Assembly: GCA_965212015.1 (NCBI GenBank)
Contig: OZ243037.1
Coordinates: forward strand, 1,700,221-1,764,220
DNA length: 64,000 bases
Direction: 5' to 3'
DNA from: Cenarchaeum sp.
GTDB taxonomy: Archaea; Thermoproteota; Nitrososphaeria; Nitrososphaerales; Nitrosopumilaceae
The notes beneath the pieces were generated by a model, which saw nothing but the letters and a program-made list of their open reading frames with translations, did no database searches and had not been told where the DNA came from. Below, in pieces: positions 19,494 to 29,361 of the stretch (positions are counted from its first letter, which is position 1; each line of letters starts with the position of its first letter). The translations under genes and the position numbers were made by a program.

Positions 19494-19716
19494 GTGTGTG
19501 GTGTGGCAGAACAAATATTTAATTTTAAGGCATCGTCCCGTATGGTCGCAGCATCCCCGTGACTGGTCTGCACATGCCGCAGTCCTGATGCGGGGCTGCG
19601 ATTATTAGCCGCACAGGCAGCACGGCACATGTGGATGTAATGGCGGCCAGATGCCGGCCTGCGCTGCATGCTTCAAGACCACAACAGGCATTAATGGCAA
19701 GAAACCACCACGTCTT

Positions 19717-20808
19717 ATGAGCGGGCCCACTGCCGAAGAGATTATCGGAATCGTCTCCTCCCAGTTTGAGGTGCACGCCATTGGAAAAAGTCCGGATCTG
19801 ATCCAGTTCAAGATTGCCTCAGACGGCGTAAAGTCAAAGTTTGTAAAGCTCGCGCAGGGACTGGAGGATCACGACCTGGTCTGCACCCTGGAGAGGCTTC
19901 CAGACGGGCTTTACGTGTCGGTACGGCGCTTTATACCTAAAAAGCAAAAATGGCTCTCAAAATCCTGGATGCCGCGGTTGCTCTTTGCAATAGTGGTCGC
20001 CTTTGTAATGGTGGACGGATACTATAGGACGCTTGGGGTAAACGGGATAATACACATCGGCGACCCGCTAGAGATTGCCGCAATCTATACCCTGTCGCTG
20101 CTAGGGATACTCGGAATCCACGAGTCCGGGCACCTTGTCGCATCAAAATGGCACAAGCTAAAGACTACGTGGCCCTACTTTATTCCGGGAATCCCCGTGT
20201 ACGGGATTCCGACCTTTGGCGCCTTTATCAGGTCGCGAAGCCTGACTATCAACAGGGAGATACTCTTTGACATAGCCATTGCCGGCCCGATTGCGGGGCT
20301 GGTAATCACGATTCTGGTGTCAGTTTACGGCGCATACACTGCGCCGGTAATCCCGCCGGAGCTCACAGAGCAGCTCTACCAGGAGAACAGGCTTACTGAG
20401 TGGAGCCAGGGCGAGCCGCTGTTAATGACTGCCACGCTGGCGCTATTTGGCAAGGGTGGGCAGGGCGGCGAGGTGCTGCTTACGCCGGTCCTGTTTGCCG
20501 CGTGGATTGGGTATTTGATCACCTTTCTGAACCTGCTGCCTGCGTGGCAGCTCGACGGGGGACACATGGCGCGCACGCTCTTTGGCGCAAAATGGCACAA
20601 ATACGCCACGTATGCTAGCATGGGCGTGCTGGTGCTTTTGGGATACTGGATAATGGCAATGTTCATCCTGGTCCTGAGCTCGCGAAACACTGCGGCAAAC
20701 CCGCTGGATGACGTCACCGAGCTTCCAAGGAACAGAAAGCTGGCCTATATAGCGGTGATTGCGCTTGCCGTTCTGTGCGCCCCGCTGCCGTCGTCGTTTC
20801 TAGCGTAA
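19717..20808 (+). CDS. Site-2 protease (M50)
   Basis: HESGH, AGPIAG, NLLPAWQLDGG; ATG 19717 preferred. Confidence 0.93.
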   Translation: MSGPTAEEIIGIVSSQFEVHAIGKSPDLIQFKIASDGVKSKFVKLAQGLEDHDLVCTLERLPDGLYVSVRRFIPKKQKWLSKSWMPRLLFAIVVAFVMVDGYYRTLGVNGIIHIGDPLEIAAIYTLSLLGILGIHESGHLVASKWHKLKTTWPYFIPGIPVYGIPTFGAFIRSRSLTINREILFDIAIAGPIAGLVITILVSVYGAYTAPVIPPELTEQLYQENRLTEWSQGEPLLMTATLALFGKGGQGGEVLLTPVLFAAWIGYLITFLNLLPAWQLDGGHMARTLFGAKWHKYATYASMGVLVLLGYWIMAMFILVLSSRNTAANPLDDVTELPRNRKLAYIAVIALAVLCAPLPSSFLA

Positions 20809-21876
20809 GAGCACGCGCGAGCCGTCCTCGACTAGCGTGATCTTTTGCCTGGCGCCCTGCGTCTTTAGGATATAGTCCATTACGAGCTTTGCGCCGTTCA
20901 GCGAGATCATGCCCAGCTTTTTGACGTAAAACTCTGGAAGGATGGAGACCAGGCCTATCTGGAGCGTCTTTTGAACCTCTGTCAGAAACAGCAGATCCTC
21001 CATTCCGCCGACGTACTTTGACGGGTTCTTGAGCCGCTCCGGCGTCATTCTGCCCTCTATGAACTGCTGTACCGCATCAGAGCCGACGCCGAACTTGGAT
21101 TCTGCAAGCAGCACCGCAAGTCCGTCCCTTCCCACCGCCGGACTGCAGCTCCAGAGCGAGTTGAGCGCCTTTCCAAGCGTTCCGTTGCTGGAATGTTTTC
21201 CGGTGCTGATTATCACGGACTTGTGCACACCTGCGTCCTTTACTGCCATGGCCTCAAAGGACTTTGAGGGGTCCGACTTTGAGGGGTGGCCCACCTCAAA
21301 GTCGACTATGCCCTCGCTGCTTGCCACAATGTCTATTGCCTGTATCTCAAACTTGTCTGCAAACGCCCTTGCCTCGCCGGCGCTCTGGGTTATCTGGCCC
21401 GGAGCAGGACTGTTGCCTGCGCGCTTTGCGTATGCAGACAGCATGTGCTCCTGGCCGAATCTGCGCAGCAGCCTGGTTGCGACAGTCTCGTATCCGAACA
21501 ATCCGTCAAGCTCAGTCTCTGCTATAAAGACCAGCCTGGAATCCGGCATCTCGTCTCCAAACTCGCTGACTATACCCCCCTCCGGAAGCGAGGCCTTTAC
21601 GACGTTTACGGTCCTCCTGTCTGCCAGGATTTTGGGCGTCGGAAGCGACTTTTGGCCGCACAGGGAAAATATGGCCTCGACTATCCCGCGTACCGCATTA
21701 GAGCTGTCAAGTATCACCAGCTCGAATGGCTTTTTCAGATCAAGTGCGCCGAGCTTTTCGGCGACTGCCTTGCCGTCTAGCGGCGATCCGGTGGAGCGTA
21801 TGCTCTGGTTATAGTTTTCTGCCTGCACGTCAAAGACGACGTCGGTTGCTCCATAGTTGAGCCAGATTTCGGGCAT
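20800..21876 (-). CDS. Conserved thaumarchaeal protein, possibly LarA-like fold
   Basis: Long ORF with backbone-like codon usage; MPEIWLNYG start; fold assignment tentative. Confidence 0.7.
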   Translation of the reverse strand: MPEIWLNYGATDVVFDVQAENYNQSIRSTGSPLDGKAVAEKLGALDLKKPFELVILDSSNAVRGIVEAIFSLCGQKSLPTPKILADRRTVNVVKASLPEGGIVSEFGDEMPDSRLVFIAETELDGLFGYETVATRLLRRFGQEHMLSAYAKRAGNSPAPGQITQSAGEARAFADKFEIQAIDIVASSEGIVDFEVGHPSKSDPSKSFEAMAVKDAGVHKSVIISTGKHSSNGTLGKALNSLWSCSPAVGRDGLAVLLAESKFGVGSDAVQQFIEGRMTPERLKNPSKYVGGMEDLLFLTEVQKTLQIGLVSILPEFYVKKLGMISLNGAKLVMDYILKTQGARQKITLVEDGSRVLLR

Positions 21877-22066
21877 ACGGTGTCAGGGATGCGAGATCAA
21901 ATAAACCCAACACAGTCAATTTTGGTGTATTGTTTGTAAAAGAATTTGCGGCGTTTATGTGCGCCAGCTGGGCACGATTGGAGCGGCGGCTCAGACAAAT
22001 GCCTTTACATCATTTTTCAGGTATAACTCTGATTCTTCATTGCAGCCATGGCAAGCTAGTCGCGCA

Positions 22067-22480
22067 TCATTTTAAAACTAGCGCAGTCCGGAGTAATGGG
22101 CGTGATTTGGGCGCGGCCCGCGCCGGTCTTTTCGGCACATGATCGCACGGGGACCTGCGGGAATGTCTGACTCGCCATCTCTGGGTTTTCCTCGTCCCTG
22201 TCAGATGCCTTTTATGCGCCTTTGCCTTTTTTTTATAGTTTTTCTCCTGCCACGCCCGCTGGTATTTCCGGATCTTTTTCCACGCCTCCGGCCCCTGCTG
22301 GTATTCCCGCTGATACTCTCTCAGCCGTTTTCTTGCCTCCGGCCCCTGATTGTATTCCCTGCGTTGTTTCCCGAGTCTTTGCAGTCAGGCTAGATTTTTT
22401 TCCTTGCCTTTCTGATGGTATTCCCTCTGCCGTCTTGGTCTTTCCAGTCTTTTTCTGGCAGATTCCCCGGGTTTTGCCAA
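22067..22480 (-). pseudogene. Interrupted basic repeat protein (REY(N/Q)QGPEA repeats)
   Basis: TTG start MAKPGESARKRLERPRRQREYHQKGKEKNLA, in-frame TGA at 22385-22387, then LQRLGKQRREYNQGPEARKRLREYQREYQQGPEAWKKIRKYQRAWQEK in the same frame. Confidence 0.6.
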
Positions 22481-22727
22481 TACGGGATATATCCTGTTTG
22501 GGAATTATTATGGGTTGTGACGTTTTCGGCGTGTCATTCAGGCATGGTTCGATCAGGAGTAATAATGGTCCAGTCAGTCCATAGTCTTTTCAGGAATCCG
22601 CACACGCCGGTGATTCTGATCAGAGGCCAATAGTTTGTTTCTCAAGACGTCTTCTTTACGCCATTCTTTTCATCAGAGTTCAATCTGCACCGATAGGATA
22701 TCCCGCATGCGGATGATACAGATTGGA

Positions 22728-24077
22728 TCACTGCCCGGAAATTGTCACATTAGCTGCGATCAGATAATAGTCGCCTGAAAATATCCTGTATTGATCGGGG
22801 GGTACAGACTGATTCCAGTAATTGGTCTGGTTCCAGACAAAGGACATCTCTTGGCCCGGATGCAGATATGTTATTTTTGTGTCTCTGGAAAACTCGTATA
22901 GCGGGTGCCAATCCTGATTAGCTATTGTTGCACTCAATGAGGCAGTCTGAAATCTCAGTTTTGAGTCGCCGGAATTGACAATGCGGAACTTTACATCCTC
23001 GCCCACACCATAGTCGGTTTTTTCTACAATTATCAGTAACGGATGGTCATCTAGTGCAAATTCCTTCTGATAATCCTCTCCTGTCCACCAGGAACCCACG
23101 GGAAATGCCCCAGCAGGCGTCAGATCCAACTGTCTCATACAGTCGTATTTGTGTGCTGATCCGCACTCTGCATTTTTTGTCTGTTCATATGTGTCTATGT
23201 GTATGCATTCATACTTGCCTGTAAACGGGCTTTTTTGCAGCTGAAATTTATAATCTATGTATTCATGAAATCTATATTCCTCACATTGAAAAGCAGTGAC
23301 TTTCCCATCATGGTGGTTAAAGACGCATTCATCCTCGACGCATCCCTCAAAAGGTTCAAAATTCCAATCTATCATACGATGCTGTAGGTAGCCGCAATAA
23401 ACATCCTTGTTGTCTCCTATATCCAGGCATCCCCACCAGTGCCATTCGGGTTCATAATCGGTAAGACAATAGCCTGTGAGAAAACCCAGCTCGTTGAATC
23501 TTTCTGTGGCATTTGTAATATCGTTCATCTGCTGGTATCTTGACCACCACTGCTGGCAGTCCTCCACATGTACAGAAATGTTTTCATAAAGATCGCACTT
23601 CAAGTCGGAATATTGTATGGGTCCAATAAACGAATAGCTGCTAATGGGAAAATTATACAATTCAAGGTATCCATGTATGTATTTTTCCATGCATTCGGAG
23701 GCAGTTCTGGGCCTAATGTCGTAATCAAGACATGAATCCAGCGGTACTCTAATAGCACATCGATCCAATGATGATTTGTTCAAGCCGCACGATGGATTAT
23801 CATCATATGCTGCCGTCTTTGAAGCGCATACGTCACCCCATCCCGCTCCAAGGCCTGCCCAGCCCCTCTCAACTAGCGGCTTTACTGATGACTCAAAGAC
23901 GCATATTGTTCTGCCATCTGATGCCCGATATAGTGTGATGTGCTCGTCACATTGAATGGCATCGGCATTTGCAAATATCATGAATGAAAGGATGATCGGG
24001 GCAAGGAGAAATGTTTTCTTGTATTCCAGATGGTATTTTCTGAGCCTTTCTCTGACAGATTCCTTGGGTTTTGCCAA
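22728..24077 (-). CDS. Secreted Cys/Trp-rich protein with C-terminal Ig-like (BsuPI-like) domain
   Basis: Signal-like FLLAPIILSFMIFANADA; thaumarchaeal-type C..DG..CV..LVERGW motif; many Cys; LHPGQEMSFVWNQ..VPPDQYRI. Confidence 0.75.
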   Translation of the reverse strand: MAKPKESVRERLRKYHLEYKKTFLLAPIILSFMIFANADAIQCDEHITLYRASDGRTICVFESSVKPLVERGWAGLGAGWGDVCASKTAAYDDNPSCGLNKSSLDRCAIRVPLDSCLDYDIRPRTASECMEKYIHGYLELYNFPISSYSFIGPIQYSDLKCDLYENISVHVEDCQQWWSRYQQMNDITNATERFNELGFLTGYCLTDYEPEWHWWGCLDIGDNKDVYCGYLQHRMIDWNFEPFEGCVEDECVFNHHDGKVTAFQCEEYRFHEYIDYKFQLQKSPFTGKYECIHIDTYEQTKNAECGSAHKYDCMRQLDLTPAGAFPVGSWWTGEDYQKEFALDDHPLLIIVEKTDYGVGEDVKFRIVNSGDSKLRFQTASLSATIANQDWHPLYEFSRDTKITYLHPGQEMSFVWNQTNYWNQSVPPDQYRIFSGDYYLIAANVTISGQ

Positions 24078-24269
24078 TATGAAATGTCTTTTTTGGGAAT
24101 TATTATGGGTTGTTCTTTAAATTCAGAGATTTACTCGTGTAGAAAAGCACGACTGTGTTGGGAATTCCCACATAATCCTGTCACAGGGCAAATATGGCCA
24201 CAGGATCTATTTTTTCTTTAATTGGATTTGATTTCGGCAAAACCATTAGAACGCGGATTTATGCCGATT

Positions 24270-24521
24270 TTATACATGTGTTTTGTAGTATTGTACAACA
24301 AGAATTAATCCGAAATAGGATAAAAAATAAGATGGTTGGCGATCATCTAGTTGTTGTCTCTGCCGCCACCGGATGGCTTGCCTGGATTTTTGCTGGGCCA
24401 GCCGCCGCCCTTGCCTTTTGAGGTGATTTTCATGCCAAACATGCTGTCTAAAATTATTAAAGCCTTTCTTATGATTTGTACATGTGTACAATCCTGAAAA
24501 CCACTGCTTTTTTGATGCCAT
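24270..24521 (-). CDS. Possible small basic protein with a degenerate zinc-finger-like motif
   Basis: YTCTNHKKGFNNFRQHVWHENH (C-x2-H-x12-H-x2-H); could be spurious. Confidence 0.3.
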   Translation of the reverse strand: MASKKQWFSGLYTCTNHKKGFNNFRQHVWHENHLKRQGRRLAQQKSRQAIRWRQRQQLDDRQPSYFLSYFGLILVVQYYKTHV

Positions 24522-24715
24522 AAAACTGCCACGTATTTGCCGGGCATCCCTGCCGTCGTCTCTTGCATGCCGGGCCCGGAAAATGCGGCCCTGTAGGCAT
24601 TTCTGGCACGGCCAGAACAGGGAAGCCAGGCCCGGGGTTTTAAAATCTTGTCCAATGGTGTAAAAATCCGCCGCATTTACTATTTATTGCAGCAGTATGG
24701 AGTTTCAAGCCGGAA

Positions 24716-25072
24716 ATGAAGCGAAAAAAGATCGACGTCCACTGGCTGAACAGGCTGAGGGGAACCCCGGTTAACACCAAAATCCGGATCTGCATAGACT
24801 GCGGGGACGCAAAGATCTCGATTACCGAAAAGACCATAACGTGCAAGAACTGCGGCACGACCCACAAGCGCAAAGAGTTTTCCAACTTTGAGTTCCAGCC
24901 CGGCGACAGGGTGAGGATTGCAGACTCTGACAGGGGCGCCAACCTGATATACAAGATACAAAAGCTCCGCCAGGACTCCGACGGCGTAATGCACTATATC
25001 CTAAAGTCAAAGTCAAGCCCGATTACCCTGTTTTACCACGAAAACCCAGAGTCCCATCTGGAGCGGGCCTAG
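24716..25072 (+). CDS. Zinc-ribbon plus SH3/KOW-like hypothetical protein
   Basis: CIDC...CKNC followed by FQPGDRVRI. Confidence 0.7.
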   Translation: MKRKKIDVHWLNRLRGTPVNTKIRICIDCGDAKISITEKTITCKNCGTTHKRKEFSNFEFQPGDRVRIADSDRGANLIYKIQKLRQDSDGVMHYILKSKSSPITLFYHENPESHLERA

Positions 25073-27393
25073 TCCACGTGCGGCCTCAGATTGTGCATGG
25101 AATCAAGATCCCCTTTGAACGCGGCAAGCTCCTCTGGAACCGCAATGTCTATGGGATCCTTGAGCGAGAGGCCCCTGGATTTTTTTTCATTCCATACCAT
25201 AGAGTTGAATGCCGTAATCCGGCCCGTGAGCGGTATAGTATCGGCGGCCGGCCCGGCCTCTGCCTGCCTCTGTACGTGTATGCTCTCGTCTGAGTACATG
25301 GTCTGCCAGAGATAATCCGTTATGAACGGGGTTATGGGTGCCAGCAGCTTTAGTACAGTCGCAAGCGTCCTGTGGAGCGTATACACCGCCGAATCCCTCT
25401 CCTTTTTTGAGAATCCTTCGCCGTTTGCCCTGGACTTTACCATCTCGATATAGTGGGCGGCAAACAGATTCCACGTAAACTCTCTTACCGCAATGGCGGG
25501 GATGAAAAAGTTGTACTGGTCATAGCCCTTTTTGCACTCTGCTACCAGACAGTCAAGCTCCGATAGTATCCATCTGTCAGTGTCGGTGGGCTCTGCTGAT
25601 TCCACCGCCTCAAAGCCAGAGATGAACCTAGAGACGTTCCACAGCTTGCTGAGGAATTTTTTTGTCGACTGGATTTTCTGCTCATTACATCTAAAGTCGT
25701 ACCCGTGGTTGACCTCGCTTGCGCTCCAGAACCTGAACGTGTCTGCGCCTATACTGTGTATGACGGGAAGCGGATCTATTGCGTTCCCCTTGCTCTTGCT
25801 CATCTTCATGCCGCGCTCGTCCAGGCCATAGCCCATTATCCACGCCTCGGACCACGGCACCTCGCCGGTGAGCTGATCGCAGCGCAGGAGCGTATAGTAC
25901 AGCCACGTCCTTACAATGTCCTTTGACTGGGGCCTGATTGCAACAGGATACGTCCTTTTGAAAAACCCGTCGTCGCTCTGGTATTTCGTAATGAACAGCG
26001 GCGAGACACTCGAGTCCATCCACGTGTCAAATATCCTCTGCTCGCCTTCAAACTCTGTTGCGCCGCATTTTGTGCACGCCCTTATGGGACACGCATCCTT
26101 CCACGGCCTATAGTATGCTCCCGGCTCGGGAACGTGCGGCTCTGTGCAGGCCTTGCAGTGCCATATGGGAATCTCTGTCCCGTAATACCTGCGCCTTGAG
26201 ATCGGCCAGTCTATCGTGATTGAGTCAAGCCAGTTCAGGAGTATTTGCCTGTGCATGGGCGGATAAAACGTGATACTTGAGCTGATCTTTTTTATCCTCG
26301 CCACTGCGTCTGTCTGTTTTAGATAGTACTCCTCCATGGGTATTATCTCAATTGGAATCCTGCTTCTCTCCGAGACCGGCGTCCTGTGGGTAATGTCCTC
26401 CGTCTTTTCCACATGCCCGCCGTCTTGCAGGTCTTTTATGATCCTTGTGCGCGCCTGCTTTGGCCTCAGTCCGGCATAGTCCCCCGCCACTTTTGTCATC
26501 TTGCCGTCCGTGCCGATTGCCACAGTCTCCTCAAGGCCCAGCTCCCTGAAGAGTATCACGTCGTTTTGATCCCCATAGCTGCACACCATTACCGCACCGG
26601 AGCCGAACTCTTTTTGTGCCAGGCGGTGGGTCCTTACCTCTATTGCGTTTCCAAATATCGGCACGGTCGCCTTTTTGCCCACAATCTGCGTGTATCTTTG
26701 GTCGTCCTCGTTGACGATTATCGCCCTGCAGGCGCAGAGCAGCTCGGGCCTCGTGCTTGCAATGACTATGTGGCCGCCAGAGTCGAGCTGAAAGCTAATG
26801 TGTACAAGCTTTGTCTGAATGTCCTCGTATGTAATCTCGGCGTCGGCTATCGTGGTGCCAGACACCCAGTCATAGCTGTTGGGCCTCGTATCGAGATAGA
26901 CCAGCCCCTTTTTCCACAGCTCGATGAACGTCGACTGTGTCAGGGCGCGGTACCGTGCAGAATCCGTCCTATAGTGCCCGTCAATCTCGCCGCTGACTCC
27001 CAGGCCCCGTATTATCTGGATCATCTCCTCTTCTAGCTCATCGAGCGTCTTTTTGCACAGCGCAAGAAATTCCTCTCTGTCCGTCTCGTTCATGCGAATA
27101 TTGTGCTTTTTTTCAGTATACAGCTCTACTGGGAGGCCGTTGCGGTCTATGCCTATGGGAAAATGGACGTTTTTGCCCCTCATCCTTGCGGTCCTTGCAA
27201 TCATGTCGATCTGCGAATAGTGGGCCGCAGCTCCGATGTGCCACGGCCTTCCGGACGGGTACGGAGGGGGGGTGTCTATGGTATAGTTGTCCGCACCCGG
27301 CACAAACTCGTACATGCCGGATTCCTGCCATCTCTTCCGGACCTGTTCCTCTATCTCCGGATTCCACGTCTTTTCTCGTATCTTTGGTTCCAT
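25069..27393 (-). CDS. valS: Valine--tRNA ligase
   Basis: DTPPPYPSG, HIGA (HIGH-like), DWPISRRRYYGTEIP, DTWMDSS, KMSKSKGN. Confidence 0.95.
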   Translation of the reverse strand: MEPKIREKTWNPEIEEQVRKRWQESGMYEFVPGADNYTIDTPPPYPSGRPWHIGAAAHYSQIDMIARTARMRGKNVHFPIGIDRNGLPVELYTEKKHNIRMNETDREEFLALCKKTLDELEEEMIQIIRGLGVSGEIDGHYRTDSARYRALTQSTFIELWKKGLVYLDTRPNSYDWVSGTTIADAEITYEDIQTKLVHISFQLDSGGHIVIASTRPELLCACRAIIVNEDDQRYTQIVGKKATVPIFGNAIEVRTHRLAQKEFGSGAVMVCSYGDQNDVILFRELGLEETVAIGTDGKMTKVAGDYAGLRPKQARTRIIKDLQDGGHVEKTEDITHRTPVSERSRIPIEIIPMEEYYLKQTDAVARIKKISSSITFYPPMHRQILLNWLDSITIDWPISRRRYYGTEIPIWHCKACTEPHVPEPGAYYRPWKDACPIRACTKCGATEFEGEQRIFDTWMDSSVSPLFITKYQSDDGFFKRTYPVAIRPQSKDIVRTWLYYTLLRCDQLTGEVPWSEAWIMGYGLDERGMKMSKSKGNAIDPLPVIHSIGADTFRFWSASEVNHGYDFRCNEQKIQSTKKFLSKLWNVSRFISGFEAVESAEPTDTDRWILSELDCLVAECKKGYDQYNFFIPAIAVREFTWNLFAAHYIEMVKSRANGEGFSKKERDSAVYTLHRTLATVLKLLAPITPFITDYLWQTMYSDESIHVQRQAEAGPAADTIPLTGRITAFNSMVWNEKKSRGLSLKDPIDIAVPEELAAFKGDLDSMHNLRPHVD

Positions 27394-27396
27394 TTT

Positions 27397-28209
27397 CTAT
27401 GTTCTTGAAATTCTTGAGATAATGTGCGAGCCCTTGTTGTAGCCCTCGTATATGTAGACTCCTACTGCCTCTATGTTTGCAGAAAGCTTGGGCTCTAGCA
27501 CCTTGATTATTTCTGTAGAAAGGTTCTCGACTGTCGCCTCGCCTTGCAGCAGGTACGTGGTGTCGCTTGGAACATTGAGGTCAAATGCGCCCCTCGGGCC
27601 CTCAAAGGAGACGCGATAGCTGTCCGGCGTCTGCTCTATTACGTATCTCTCGTTGATAAAGAATTTGTGATCAAAGACTGACATGACCTGCTTGATTATC
27701 TTTTTTGCCTCGCCAAAGTCTATCAAAAGATTGTCCTTCATCTGTCCTACCAGCTCTACCATTACAGACGACGTGTGCCCGTGCAGGATGGAGCATTTTT
27801 CCACCAGCGGGAGTATGTGCGCGTAATCAAACGTAAAGGACTGATCCTCCATGAATATGGAGCCAGTCTGCGGGTGCTTTTGGTCGTAAAACACAATGTC
27901 CTCGAGCTCTTTTATCTGCGCGCAGTACTTTGGGTGGCCTATTGCCATGATTTTCTGCCCCGTCTCCTTGATTGCCCTGTATTTTTCAATGTCCGCATCC
28001 CCGTCTATTACCTCGATGAGCCCGCGCTCCGTCTTGAAATCCACGACAAACTGCCTGCCGCCAAGCTCCATCTTGCAGTCGTACTTGTAGTCGTGTCCCA
28101 GAAACGAGAGCATCTGCGCCACTGACAGCTCTGTCCTGGTCCTCAGCAGGTTTCCACGCTTGTCAAGATACCTGAAATCAGAGTCCAGTATCGCCGGGTT
28201 TGTCGCCAT
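27397..28209 (-). CDS. queD: 6-pyruvoyl-tetrahydropterin synthase/QueD family with extra N-terminal domain
   Basis: FDYAH..C..LHGH, IDFG, FDHKF, TVENL. Confidence 0.85.
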   Translation of the reverse strand: MATNPAILDSDFRYLDKRGNLLRTRTELSVAQMLSFLGHDYKYDCKMELGGRQFVVDFKTERGLIEVIDGDADIEKYRAIKETGQKIMAIGHPKYCAQIKELEDIVFYDQKHPQTGSIFMEDQSFTFDYAHILPLVEKCSILHGHTSSVMVELVGQMKDNLLIDFGEAKKIIKQVMSVFDHKFFINERYVIEQTPDSYRVSFEGPRGAFDLNVPSDTTYLLQGEATVENLSTEIIKVLEPKLSANIEAVGVYIYEGYNKGSHIISRISRT

Positions 28210-28253
28210 TTGGGATTAGCTGTCCTGCGATCTGTATATAAATTCTGTACCGG

Positions 28254-28553
28254 CTAGCGGAGCGAGTCGAGGATTCCTGCCAGCTCAAAGTCGTTTTTTG
28301 TAATTCCGCCTGCGTCGTGTGTTGTCAGGTCCACTGAAATCCTGTTATAGACGTTGAGCCATTCCGGGTGGTGGTTCATCTTTTCAATCTCCATTGACGC
28401 CCTGGCCATAAAGCCAAACGCCTCATTAAAGCTCCCAAACTCAAAGTCCTTGTGCAGCTTTTCGTTTTTTATGCTCCAGCCGGGCATGGAGGCCAGACGA
28501 TCGCCTATCTCGCCGTCAGTCATCTTTTCGGGGCCCATAAGGTGTCTGCGCAC
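28254..28553 (-). CDS. Pterin-4-alpha-carbinolamine dehydratase
   Basis: NHHPEWLNVYNRI..LTTHDAGGIT; start may be an internal ATG. Confidence 0.92.
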   Translation of the reverse strand: MRRHLMGPEKMTDGEIGDRLASMPGWSIKNEKLHKDFEFGSFNEAFGFMARASMEIEKMNHHPEWLNVYNRISVDLTTHDAGGITKNDFELAGILDSLR

Positions 28554-28587
28554 AGGCCAAATTAAAATCTAGATCACCGCAACTGCT

Positions 28588-29361
28588 TTGTATCTGTGGC
28601 GCGGGGGCAATGCCGTGGATGGCGTACTGTTAGGCGAGATTAGGCGCGCAATTGCCGGCACAGTCAGTACAGGTAATATAGGCGTCGCCTTTTCGGGCGG
28701 CGTGGATAGCACGCTGATGGCAAGGGTGTGCTCTGATATGGGGTATGGCGTGACGCTGCTTACAGTCGGCTTTGCCGGCTCGCACGACGTTGCGTTTGCA
28801 AAAAAGGTAAACGAGTCGCTCGGGATGCGCCACGAGACACTAGAGATAGACCCCCGGACATTTGCCGGGGTGGCATCCAAAATCCGCGGCAGGATTGGCA
28901 CAGATGACCTGTCCTGGCATGAGAACTGTATTGCGTTTTACTATGTGGCGAGCCTCGCACAGGGGCTGAATCTCGGCACGGTGCTCACCGCAAACGGCAT
29001 TGATGAGCTGTTCTGCGGGTATAACGCGTACCGCGACGAGTTTGTGCGGGGCAATCGGCGCATGCTGCAAGTCATGGCATCCAAGATAAAAAACGAGCAG
29101 GACATGATGGCGGCGATAAACGGCGCAGTCTCTGAGCTCGGCGTGCGTATAGTGCAGCCGCTGCTTGACAAAGGATTTGTCAAATACGCAATGTCAGTGC
29201 CGCTCTCTGAAAAGATAAGCGGCCCGGACGACCTGCTGCGCAAGCACGCAATACGGGGCTTGGCAAGGGACATTGGCGTGCCGGAAATATCTGCATTCAA
29301 GAGAAAAAAGGCGCTCCAGTACGGATCCCGGATTCACAGGGAGCTGTTACGGTCTAGGTGA
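28588..29361 (+). CDS. Asparagine synthase C-terminal-domain protein
   Basis: AFSGGVDS, ANGIDELFCGY, RKKALQYGS. Confidence 0.88.
   Translation: MYLWRGGNAVDGVLLGEIRRAIAGTVSTGNIGVAFSGGVDSTLMARVCSDMGYGVTLLTVGFAGSHDVAFAKKVNESLGMRHETLEIDPRTFAGVASKIRGRIGTDDLSWHENCIAFYYVASLAQGLNLGTVLTANGIDELFCGYNAYRDEFVRGNRRMLQVMASKIKNEQDMMAAINGAVSELGVRIVQPLLDKGFVKYAMSVPLSEKISGPDDLLRKHAIRGLARDIGVPEISAFKRKKALQYGSRIHRELLRSR

Noticed and set aside
19525-19716. Short ORFs or ncRNA between rimI and the M50 protease
   Set aside because: No recognisable motif or convincing structure.
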